From Eledone cirrhosa (taxonomy: Eukaryota): DNA of 64,000 nt. A model generated the notes under the pieces. The model searched no databases and had not been told where the DNA came from. It saw only the letters and a program-made list of their open reading frames with translations. Numbering within the stretch: the first letter of the stretch is position 1; each line of letters starts with the position of its first letter. The DNA lies in the NCBI GenBank assembly GCA_964016885.1, contig OZ024741.1:316696001-316760000 (forward strand). Direction: 5' to 3'. A program made the position numbers and the translations under genes. Below, piece after piece: positions 11,403 through 22,495 of this stretch.

Positions 11403-13280
11403 CTACCTTTCCGCTTCCCGGGGTTCGGGTTGCACGACTTCCATGGGGTCGGGGGTGTTGGGTGAAGGGGTGTCTTGTGGTGGTGTGGGGTCGTCGGTGT
11501 GTGGTGGGGTTGGGGTGTTTGGAGTTGTGTTGGGGAGGGGAAGGGGAGGGGGAAAGCTTTTTAGTAGGACGCGGTTTATGGGTTTGACAGAGGGTGGTCC
11601 TACGTCCTCCTTAAAATCCTTTTTTAGTTTTTGGTAGAGGTTCATTGGGATTTTTATTAGTTTTAAATGTGGGTGGTTTTCTGACGAAACAAAGTTTACA
11701 CCTTCGGTTTGTACCGAAGGATTATTGTATATGAGTTCATTTAATTTATTATTGTTTCTGTTGATGTAAGTATAGTGTAATGTCTTTTTTTCCGATGGTG
11801 TGAGTGTTTCGAAGAGGGGAGGGGCAGGTTTGGTTTTGTTTGTTGCTGGAGGGGTGTTTTCTGTTTTGTTAGATTGTGTTGCGATTTGGGTGGGGGTTGT
11901 TTGTCCTTGTGTGTTTTGCACATGTTTTCTTTTTTTCCTTTTAATCTGTCTGAAGGACTCCGTTTCTTCCTCCGAATTCGTTGGGTTATCTTCAGTGTTG
12001 GAGGGAAGAGGTATGTTTGCTGGTAATGTTTCCGTGTTGGTTTTCTTTGTGGGGGAGATGGATGTCACTATGTTAGACTGTGTTGTGTGTTGTGTCTGCG
12101 GTGGTTGTGTTGTTTTATTGAGTGAGAGGTTGGGTGGGCCTGTATTTTGTTTTGGGGTAATGTGTTGTGACTGTTTGTGTTGTGGTGGTGTTGTGGTGTT
12201 ACTGAGGGACGGGTTGGGTGGGACTGAGTTTTGTTGTTTGTTTATCTGTTGTGGTGGTGGTGGTGGAGCTGGTGTTGGTAGCAGGGTTTTCTTTTTGTTG
12301 AGTTGGGGACAAGCGGCCTTCAGGTGCCCTCTGCCTGCACAGATATGGCAGGACGGCCTTCTCCCCTCCACGCTAATGTTTATATACCCGTGGTCCTCTA
12401 ATAGGATTCTGTCGGGTATTTGGGCGATGCGTTCAGGCTTCATTTGTACTACCAGCTCTATACCTGTTCCACTGAACGCGTTGCCTGTGGTTTTCCCAAT
12501 GGAAATCACTTTGTCATTCACTGGATCGATGAAGCCAGCTATGAGCCAGCAGTAGTCCACATCTGGCATCATTGCATCCAGCCATATGCGTAGAGTTTTT
12601 TTTCCCATATAAGATGGATAAAAGGTGAAATTTTTCGAACGAATCGGTGACAAAGCACATTTTTTTGCCGCCGATTCGTTCTTCATGATAATTGCTAGGC
12701 TTCCATACAGTCTGTCTTTTCTTATGAAAGTTGTTTCATTCAGTACTTCTGCGAGTACTGTTTTGATATCTGCTTGAGAAGGCTGTTCAGGTTTTTTTGT
12801 ACTGTTGTTGATGGTCCGAAACTTGACCGTTCGGCTTTCAATGTCTTTCGTGAATTCTTGAGGCATTTTTACCAATAAAATACCATTCTCACCTTCACTT
12901 ATGTATTGTTTTGCGTCCGTGATCCTTCGTACCACATCTGAAATGTTTTCCGCTATATAAGTCAAAGATTTCTTTGTTTTCTGTGCAAATGAAATCTTGT
13001 CGTCTGCTTTGTTTTCTGATATTATGTTATTTTCAACTGTTATTTTTTTGTTTGTTGTGTCTTTGTTTGTGTTATTAGTATTGTCATGCAATTTTTCAAA
13101 TTTTTTTTTTTCGTTGTTTTCGTCATTTAATTTTTTCTCCGCAGATTCGTCCGTTTTTATTTTCATTTTTCCTTCCTTCTCTATGACGTTAGTTGGGAAG
13201 GAAGGGAGGACTAAAGCGTGCGAGCTTACAACTCTTACCGCTGTCCCCCCACCACTATTTTCGTCCGCTGCGTTTAACAT
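11403..13280 (-). CDS. ORF1p: gag-like nucleic-acid-binding protein with CCHC zinc knuckle
   Basis: 625-aa open frame directly upstream of ORF2. Contains CHICAGRGHLKAAC (CX2CX4HX4C) preceded by VEGRRPS, a P/T/N/Q-rich region and a basic KRKKRK patch. Homologous to the decayed ORF1 at 51927-53692. Confidence 0.9.
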   Translation of the reverse strand: MLNAADENSGGGTAVRVVSSHALVLPSFPTNVIEKEGKMKIKTDESAEKKLNDENNEKKKFEKLHDNTNNTNKDTTNKKITVENNIISENKADDKISFAQKTKKSLTYIAENISDVVRRITDAKQYISEGENGILLVKMPQEFTKDIESRTVKFRTINNSTKKPEQPSQADIKTVLAEVLNETTFIRKDRLYGSLAIIMKNESAAKKCALSPIRSKNFTFYPSYMGKKTLRIWLDAMMPDVDYCWLIAGFIDPVNDKVISIGKTTGNAFSGTGIELVVQMKPERIAQIPDRILLEDHGYINISVEGRRPSCHICAGRGHLKAACPQLNKKKTLLPTPAPPPPPQQINKQQNSVPPNPSLSNTTTPPQHKQSQHITPKQNTGPPNLSLNKTTQPPQTQHTTQSNIVTSISPTKKTNTETLPANIPLPSNTEDNPTNSEEETESFRQIKRKKRKHVQNTQGQTTPTQIATQSNKTENTPPATNKTKPAPPLFETLTPSEKKTLHYTYINRNNNKLNELIYNNPSVQTEGVNFVSSENHPHLKLIKIPMNLYQKLKKDFKEDVGPPSVKPINRVLLKSFPPPLPLPNTTPNTPTPPHTDDPTPPQDTPSPNTPDPMEVVQPEPREAER

Positions 13281-13518
13281 TTCTGTTAGACGATTGAAAT
13301 TTTTTTACACAAAATTTTTTTTAAAACAGGTTTTTCACCTCTAGGAGGGGTAAAGATGAGCTGACCCACCGCCTGACAGTTCAGACGGAGGGTCAAGCTA
13401 CACAATTGTATCAAAATTAAGTTTGAACTCACAAAATTTCCTCAATAAATTTGAACAAAACTTCTGTGTGAAGTGAATGACATCCACACTGTAGAACAGA
13501 CGACAGCTAGATTATATT

Positions 13519-16500
13519 GATAGACTGTAGATGATAGACTGTAGAAGATAGACTGTAAATGATAGACTGTAGATAATAAACTGTAGATGATAGACTGTAG
13601 AAGATAGATTAGATAATAGACTGTAGTAGATAGATAAGATAATAGACTGTACATGATAGACTGTAGAAGATAGACTGTAGATGATAGACTGTAAAAGACA
13701 TACTGTAGATGATAGACTGTAGATGATAGACTAGATGATAGTCTGTATAAGATAGACTGTAGATGATAGACTGTATATGATATACTGTAGATGATATACT
13801 GTAGACAGCAGATGATAGATTGTAGAGGATAGACTGTTTATGATACATGGTACATGAGACTCAGTAGATGATAGACTGTAGAAAATAGACTGTAGATCAT
13901 AGACTATAGAAGATAGACTGTAGAAGATAGACTGTAGATGATAGACTGTAGATGATAGACTTTAGATGATAGACTGTAGATGATAGACTGTAGATGATAG
14001 ACTGTAGAAGATAGACTGTAGATGATAGACTGTACATGATAGACTGTAGAAGATAGACTGTAGATGATAGACTGTAGAAGATAGACTGTAGATGATAGAC
14101 TGTAGATGATACACGGTACATGATAGACTGCTGAAGATAGACTGTAGATGATAGACTGTAGATGATAGATGGTACATGATAGACTTTAGAAGATAGACTG
14201 TAGATGATAGACTGTAGATGATAGACTGTAGATGATAGACTGTAGATGATAGACGGTACATGATAGACATTAGAAGATAGACTGTAGATGATAGACTGTA
14301 GATGATAGACGGTACATGATAGACTTTAGAAGATAGACTGTAGATGATAGACTGTAGATGATAGACTGTAGATGATAGACTGTAGATGATAGACGGTACA
14401 TGATAGACTTTAGAAGATACACTGTAGATGATAGACTGTTGATGATAGACTATAGATGAGAGACTGTAGATGATAGACTGTAGAAGATAGACTGTAGAAG
14501 ATAGACTGTAGATGATAGACTGTAGATGATAGACTGTAGATGATAGACTGTAGAAGATAGACTGTAAATGATAGACTGTAGATGATAGACTGTAGAAGAT
14601 AGACTGTAGAAGATAGACTGTAGATGATAGACTGTAGATGATAGACTGTAGATGATAGACTGTAGATGATAGACTGTAGATGATAGACGGTACATGATAG
14701 ACTTTAGAAGATAGACTGTAGATGATAGACTGTTGATGATAGACTATAGATGAGAGACTGTAGATGATAGACTGTAGAAGATAGACTGTAGAAGATAGAC
14801 TGTAGATGATTGACTGTAGATGATAGACTGTAGATGATAGACTGTAGAAGATAGCCTGTAAATGATAGACTGTAGATGATAGACTGTAGAAGATAGACTG
14901 TAGAAGATAGACTGTAGAAGATAGACTGTAGATGATAGACTGTAGATGATAGACTGTAGATGATAGACTGTAGAAGATAGACTGTAAATGATAGACTGTA
15001 GATAATAAACTGTAGATGATAGACTGTAGAAGATAGATTAGATAATAGACTGTAGTAGATAGATAAGATAATAGACTTTACATGATAGACTGTAGAATAT
15101 AGACTGTACATGATAGACTGTAGAAGATAGACTGTAGATGATAGACTGTAAAAGACATACTGTAGATGATAGACTGTAGATGATAGACTAGATGATAGTC
15201 TGTATAAGATAGACTGTAGATGATAGACTGTATATGATATACTGTAGATGATATACTGTAGACAGCAGATGATAGATTGTAGAGGATAGACTGTTTATGA
15301 TACATGGTACATGAGACTCAGTAGATGATAGACTGTAGAAAATAGACTGTAGATCATAGACTATAGAAGATAGACTGTAGAAGATACACTGTAGATGATA
15401 GACGGTAGAAGATAGACTGTAGATGATAGACTGTAGATGGTAGACTGTAGAAGATAGACTGTAGATGATAGACTGTAGATGATAGACTGTAGAAGATAGA
15501 CAGTAGATGATAGACTGTAGATGATAGACTGTAGATGATAGACTGTAGATGATAGACTGTAGAAGATAGACTGTAAATGATAGACTGTAGATAATAGACT
15601 GTAGATGATAGACTGTAGAAGATAGACTGTAGAAGATAGACTAGATGATAGACTATTAGTAGATAGACTAGATAATAGACTGTACATGATACACTGTAGA
15701 AGATGGACTGTAAATGATAGACTGTAGAAGATAGACAAGATAATAGACTGTACATGATAGACTGTAGAGGATAGATTGTAGATGATAGGCTGTAGATTAT
15801 AGTCTATAGAAGATAGATTAGAAGATGGACTGTAGAAGATACACTGTAGAAAATAGACTGTAGATGTTAGACTGTAGATAATAGACTGTAGAAGATAGAC
15901 TGAAGAAAATACACTGTAGATGATTGACCGTAGCTGATAGACTAGAAGATAGACTGCAGAAGATAGACTGTAACTGACAGATTAGAATATAGACTGTAGA
16001 AGATATACCGTTGAAGTTAGACTGTAGAAGATAGACTGTAGAAGTTAGACTGTAGAGGATAGACTGTAGAAGATAGACAGTATATGATAGATTGTAGATG
16101 ATAGACTGTAGATGATAGACGGTAGATGACAGACTGTAGAAAATAGATGGTAGAAGATAGAATGTAGATGTTAGCTGTAGATGATAGACTGTAGATGATA
16201 GACTGTAGATGTTAGACTGTAGATTATAGACTGTAGAAGATAGACTATAGAAGATAGACTGCAGATGATAGAGGGTAGAGGATAGACTGTAGATGATAGA
16301 CTCTAGAAGATAGACTGTAGAAGTTATACTGTAGAAGATAGACTAGAAGTTAGACTGTAGATGACAGACTAGAATATAGACTGTAGAAGATATACTGTAG
16401 AAGGTAGACTGTAGAAGATAGACTGTAGATGATAGACTGTAGATGTAGGACTGTAGAAGATAGACGGTAGAAAATAGACTGTAGAAGATAGACTGTAGAA

Positions 16501-19500
16501 GATAGATTGCAGAAGATAGAATGTAGATGATAGACTGTAGATGATAGACTGTAGAAGATAGACTGTAGAAGATAAGATAGACTGTAGATGATAGTCTAGA
16601 AGATAGATTGTAGAAGATAGACTGTAGTAAATAGACTGTAGATGATAGACTGTAGATGATACACTGTAGATAGACTGTAGAAGATAGACTGCAGAATATA
16701 GACTGTAGATGATAGACTGTAGGTGATAGACTAGAATATAGACTGTAGAAGATAGACTGCAGATGTTAGACTGTAGATGATAGACCGTAGATGATGGACT
16801 GTAGATGATAGACTGTAGATGCAAGACTGTAGAATATAGACTGTAGATGATAGACTGTAGAAGATAGACAGTATATGATAGATTGTAGATGATAGACTGT
16901 AGATGATAGACTGTAGATGATAGACGGTACATGATAGACTTTAGAAGATAGACTGTAGATGATAGACTGTTGATGATAGACTATAGATGAGAGACTGTAG
17001 ATGATAGACTGTAGAAGATAGACTGTAGAAGATAGACTGTAGATGATAGACTGTAGATGATAGACTGTAGATGATAGACTGTAGAAGATAGACTGTAAAT
17101 GATAGACTGTAGATGATAGACTGTAGAAGATAGACTGTAGAAGATAGACTGTAGATGATAGACTGTAGATGATAGACTGTAGATGATAGACTGTAGAAGA
17201 TAGACTGTAAATGATAGACTGTAGATAATAAACTGTAGATGATAGACTGTAGAAGATAGATTAGATAATAGACTGTAGTAGATAGATAAGATAATAGACT
17301 GTACATGATAGACTGTAGAATATAGACTGTACATGATAGACTGTAGAAGATAGACTGTAGATGATAGACTGTAAAAGACATACTGTAGATGATAGACTGT
17401 AGATGATAGACTAGATGATAGTCTGTATAAGATAGACTGTAGATGATAGACTGTATATGATATACTGTAGATGATATACTGTAGACAGCAGATGATAGAT
17501 TGTAGAGGATAGACTGTTTATGATACATGGTACATGAGACTCAGTAGATGATAGACTGTAGAAAATAGACTGTAGATCATAGACTATAGAAGATAGACTG
17601 TAGAAGATACACTGTAGATGATAGACGGTAGAAGATAGACTGTAGATGATAGACTGTAGATGGTAGACTGTAGAAGATAGACTGTAGATGATAGACTGTA
17701 GATGATAGACTGTAGAAGATAGATAGTAGATGATAGACTGTAGATGATAGACTGTAGATGATAGACTGTAGATGATAGACTGTAGAAGATAGACTGTAAA
17801 TGATAGACTGTAGATAATAGACTGTAGATGATAGACTGTAGAAGATAGACTGTAGAAGATAGACTAGATGATAGACTATTAGTAGATAGACTAGATAATA
17901 GACTGTACATGATACACTGTAGAAGATGGACTGTAAATGATAGACTGTAGAAGATAGACAAGATAATAGACTGTACATGATAGACTGTAGAGGATAGACT
18001 GTAGATGATAGGCTGTAGATTATAGTCTATAGAAGATCGACTAGAAGATGGACTGTAGAAGATACACTGTAGAAAATAGACTGTAGATGTTAGACTGTAG
18101 ATAATAGACTGTAGAAGATAGACTGAAGAAAATACACTGTAGATGATTGACCGTAGCTGATAGACTAGAAGATAGACTGCAGAAGATAGACTGTAACTGA
18201 CAGATTAGAATATAGACTGTAGAAGATATACCGTTGAAATTAGACTGTAGAAGATAGACTGTAAAAGTTAGACTGTAGAGGATAGACTGTAGAAGATAGA
18301 CAGTATATAATAGATTGTAGATGATAGACTGTAGATGATAGACGGTAGATGACAGACTGTAGAAAATAGATGGTAGAAGATAGAATGTAAATGTTAGCTG
18401 TAGATGATAGACTGTAGATGATAGACTGTAGATGTTAGACTGTAGATTATAGACTGTAGAAGATAGACTATAGAAGATAGACTGCAGATGATAGAGGGTA
18501 GAGGATAGACTGTAGATGATAGACTCTAGAAGATAGACTGTAGAAGTTATACTGTAGAAGATAGACTAGAAGTTAGACTGTAGATGACAGACTAGAATAT
18601 AGACTGTAGAAGATATACTGTAGAAGGTAGACTGTAGAAGGTAGACTGTAGATGATAGACTGTAGATGTAGGACTGTAGAAGATAGACGGTAGAAAATAG
18701 ACTGTAGAAGATAGACTGTAGAAGACAGACTGCAGAAGATAGAATGTAGATGATAGACTGTAGATGATAGACTGTAGAAAATAGACTGTAGAAGATAAGA
18801 TAGACTGTAGATGATAGTCTAGAAGATAGATTGTAGAAGATAGACTGTAGTAAATAGACTGTAGATGATAGACTGTAGATGATACACTGTAGATAGACTG
18901 TAGAAGATAGACTGCAGAATATAGACTGTAGATGATAGACTGTAGGTGATAGACTAGAATATTGACTGTAGAAGATAGACTGCAGATGTTAGACTGTAGA
19001 TGATAGACCGTAGATGATGGACTGTAGATGATAGACTGTAGATGCTAGACTGTAGAATATAGACTGTAGATGATAGACTGTAGAAGATAGACAGTATATG
19101 ATAGATTGTAGATGATAGACTGTAGATGATAGACTGTAGATGATAGACTGTAGATGATAGACTGTAGATGATAGACTGTAGATGATAGACTGTAGATGAT
19201 AGACTGTAGAATATAAACTAGAAGATAGACTGTAGAAGACAGACTGCAGAAGATATACTGTAGATGATAGACTGTCGAATATAGACTGTAGACGTTAGAC
19301 TGTACTAGATAGACTGTAGAAGATAGACTGCAGAAGATAGACTGTAGATGATAGACTGTAGAAGATAGTCTGTAGATAATAGACTGTAGAAGATAGACTG
19401 TAAAAAATAGATGGTAGAATTTAGAATGTAGATGATAGACTGTAGACTGTAGATGATAAACTGTAGAAGATGGACTGTAGAAGTTAGACTGTAGATGATA

Positions 19501-20536
19501 GACAGTAGATGTTAGACTGTAGATGATAGACTGTAGAAAATAGACTGTAGAAGTTAGACTGAAGAAGATAGACTAGAAGATAGATCTTAGCTGATAGACT
19601 GTAGATGACAGACTAGAATATAGACTGTAGAAGATCGAATGTAGATGTAGGACTGTAGATGATAGACTTTAGATGATAGACTATAGAAGATAGACTGTAT
19701 AGACTCTAGAAGATAGACTGTAGATGATAGACTGTAGAAGATAGACTGTAGAAGATAGACTGCAGAAGATAGACTGTAGAAGATAGACTGCAGAAGATAG
19801 ACTGTAGATGATAGACTTTAGATGATAGACTATAGAAGATAGACTGTATACACTCTAGAAGATAGACTGTAGATGATAGACTGTAGAAGATAAACTAGAA
19901 GATAGACCGTAGAAGATAGACTGCAGAAGATAGACTGTAGATGATAGACTGTAGAAGATAGACTGTATAGACTCTAGAAGATAGACTGTAGATGATAGAC
20001 TGTAGAAGATAGACTGTAGAAGATAGACTGTAGATGATAGACTGTAGAAGATAGACTGTATAGACTATAGAAGACAGACTGTAGATGATAGACTGTAGAA
20101 GATAGACTGTAGAAAATAGATGGTAGAAGATAGAATGTAGATGTTAGACTGTAGATGATAGACTGTAGGTGATAGACTATAGATTTTAGACTGTAGATTA
20201 TACACTGTAGAAGATAGACTATATAAGATAGACTGCAGATGATAGACTGTAGATGATGGACTCTAGAAGATAGACTGTAGAAGTTATACTGTAGAAGATA
20301 GACTAGAAGATAGAGTGTAGCTGATAGACTAGAAGATAGACTGTAGATGACAGACTAGAATATAGACTGTAGAAGATATACTATAGAAGGTAGACTGTAG
20401 AAGGTAGACTGTAGATGATAGACTGTAGATGTAGGACTGTAGATGATAGTCTGTAGAAGATAGGCTGCAGATGATAGACCGTAGAAGATAAACTGTAGAT
20501 GATAGATTGTAGATGATAGACCGTAGTAGATAGACT
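13519..20536. repeat. 14-bp satellite, block 3, with higher-order duplications
   Basis: Same unit; diagnostic variant strings recur at fixed offsets (e.g. 2223 bp). Confidence 0.98.
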
Positions 20537-20971
20537 TGTAGCAAAGCGACCCCTGTCGTGTTACAGCTATGCAGAGTTACCTGCACATGTCTGTGACATC
20601 ACAAACTAACGTGACCAAAATTATATACACTCCTGCGGTTATTTACGAAGAGACAACACGCATAATGTTGGAGCTGACTTCTGCCTATGAAGGAATGATT
20701 TCTGCCTTTTCTCTCTAGAGAGGACTTTTCCCTTCTCTCCCTAGAGATGACTCTTGCCTATGATGAGATGACTCCTGTCCTGTCTTCTCTTTTTCTAGTC
20801 TTTGACTCGAGACCAACTCACCAACTACAACATCACGACATGTGGTAAAATATTTCTATTGTGTTATTATTGACGCCTGCGATATAAAGCATTGTACAAA
20901 CATGCACCAGCCATTCTTATTCTTTTTAATATTATTGCAATTAATATATACACTAATACCAGTCATCTAAA
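20537..20971. mobile_element. Probable solo LTR (~435 bp, Gypsy-like 4-bp TSD)
   Basis: Unique insert starting TGTAG and ending CTAAA (one mismatch from CTACA), flanked by GACT at 20533-20536 and 20972-20975. Removing it restores a satellite unit. No coding content. Confidence 0.6.
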
Positions 20972-21183
20972 GACTGCCGAAGATAAACTGTAGATGATAG
21001 ACTAGAATATAGACTGTAGAGGATAGACTGTAGAAGATAGACTGTAGAAGATAGACTGTAGATGATAGACTGTAGAAGATAGATGGTAGAAGTTAGACTG
21101 TAGAAGATAAACTGTAGAAGATAGATGGTAGAAGTTAGACTGTAGAAGATAGATTGTAGAAGATAGACGGTAGAAGATAGACT
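20972..21183. repeat. Terminal, more diverged block of the 14-bp satellite
   Basis: Same unit with more substitutions. Confidence 0.9.
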
Positions 21184-21575
21184 ATTAAAGTATCTAGGGA
21201 TGAGTGCCGGTTTAAAAATAATAGATTTGAGTGCCGGATGAAAGATATTATTTATCTGGGTTGGATTAAAGACAAAAGGGAAGAGTGCATTCAAAATAAT
21301 ATAGTTCAGTGCCGGATTAAAGAACAGGGGTCAGTGTTGGATTAAAGACACTAGGATTGTGTGCCGGATTCAAGACACTAGAGATCAGTGAGGATTAAAG
21401 ACACTGGGAATCACTGCCAGATTAAAGATACTAGTGATCAATGTTGGATTAAAGTTACTAGTGATCAGTGCCGGATTAAAGTTACAAGTGATCAGTACTG
21501 TATTAAAGTCACTAGGGATCAGTACCAGATTAAATACTCTTGGGTATCTGTGCAGGATTAAAGACACTAGGAACA
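21184..21575. repeat. Degenerate ~27-bp minisatellite, consensus ~CAGTGCCGGATTAAAGACACTAGGGAT (~14 copies)
   Basis: GGATTAAAG core recurring about every 27 bp; one isolated extra copy at ~21667-21685. Confidence 0.85.
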
Positions 21576-21685
21576 AATAGCATTATGGATCAATACGGGA
21601 TCAACTACTCTCATCATAAACTAACTATAATGATATAGTTCTAAGGTACTAAAAAAATCTCCCTTATCAGAGCCGGATTAAAGTC

Positions 21686-22260
21686 GTCTATCTTCTACAG
21701 TCTCTATTCTTTCCTCTATCTTCTACTATCTATCTTCTCTCCTCTATCTAATACTGTTTATCATGTCTCATGTATCATCTCTCATCGACTTCTTACAGCA
21801 TATCATCTCTCGTCTATCTTCTACCATCTATCTTATCTACTCAGTATTATACCGTCTATCATCTCCCGTCTATCTTCTACCGTCTACCTTTCTCCCCCGT
21901 ATCTTATACCGTCTATCATCTCTCGTATATCTTCTCTCCTCTATCTATTCTGTCTATCATCTCCCGTCTATCTTCTACCGTCTACCTTCTCCCCCGTATC
22001 TTATACCGTCTATCATCTCTCGTCTATCTTCTCTCCTCTATCTTATTCTGTCTATCATCTCTCGTCTATCTTCTCCTGTCTATTTTTTACTGTTTATCAT
22101 CTACCAAATAAACTTTATAAGAGAAGCGGTAGAAGTTAGACGGTAAATGATGGAATGTAGAAGGTAAAAAAGATCGACGAGAGAATATAGACGAGAGAAG
22201 ATAAGCGAGTAAGTAAGAGAAGAAATTCTGAAAAGAAAAAAAATTAGATAGAAAAGAAAG
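21686..22260. repeat. Diverged relatives of the 14-bp satellite: inverted block (21686-22105) followed by a forward block (~22115-22260)
   Basis: Plus strand reads GTCTATCTTCTACAG / CGTCTATCATCTCT (reverse complement of the unit), then GGTAGAAGTTAGACGGTAAATGATGG. Includes a ~98-bp internal duplication near 21855 and 21953. Confidence 0.8.
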
Positions 22261-22495
22261 CAAATGTTGTTAGTCAGCCATCTTGTAAATGGAAATTTCA
22301 GAAACATTTATATATCGATATTTTAAGCGTGTATCTATAATGTGTCTATAATATATGCCTATGAACCTATAGTATAAGCATATGCATCTATCGTGTAGAC
22401 ATATGTATGTGTAACGCATGCATATATCTATAGCGCATAGATATGTATCTATAATGCATACATTTGTATCTATAATCCAAGCGTATATCTATAGT

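Larger units (their letters stand above)
7717..13518 (-). mobile_element. Full-length Tx1-clade (L1 group) non-LTR retrotransposon, ~5.8 kb, both ORFs intact
   Basis: ~240-nt 5'UTR, ORF1 (625 aa), 33-nt spacer, ORF2 (1145 aa), ~215-nt 3'UTR ending AATAAAGAAA. Sharp junctions with satellite on both sides; flanking direct repeat TGATAGACTGTAGATGATAGA at 7696-7716 and 13518-13538 (TSD of 6-7 or 20-21 bp, ambiguous because the target is periodic). Confidence 0.95.

Noticed and set aside
7771-13344. Short overlapping or antisense ORFs within the Tx1 element (e.g. 11800-12555, 11218-11637)
   Set aside because: Shadows of ORF1/ORF2 and their low-complexity segments; no recognisable motifs.
803-20586. 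Dozens of minus-strand 'YSLSSTVYHLQSII' ORFs (up to 557 aa)
   Set aside because: Translation of the 14-bp satellite, whose reverse complement lacks stops; the same peptide appears in all frames.
21184-21575. Relationship between this 27-bp minisatellite and the large 27-bp array
   Set aside because: Same period but no sequence similarity.
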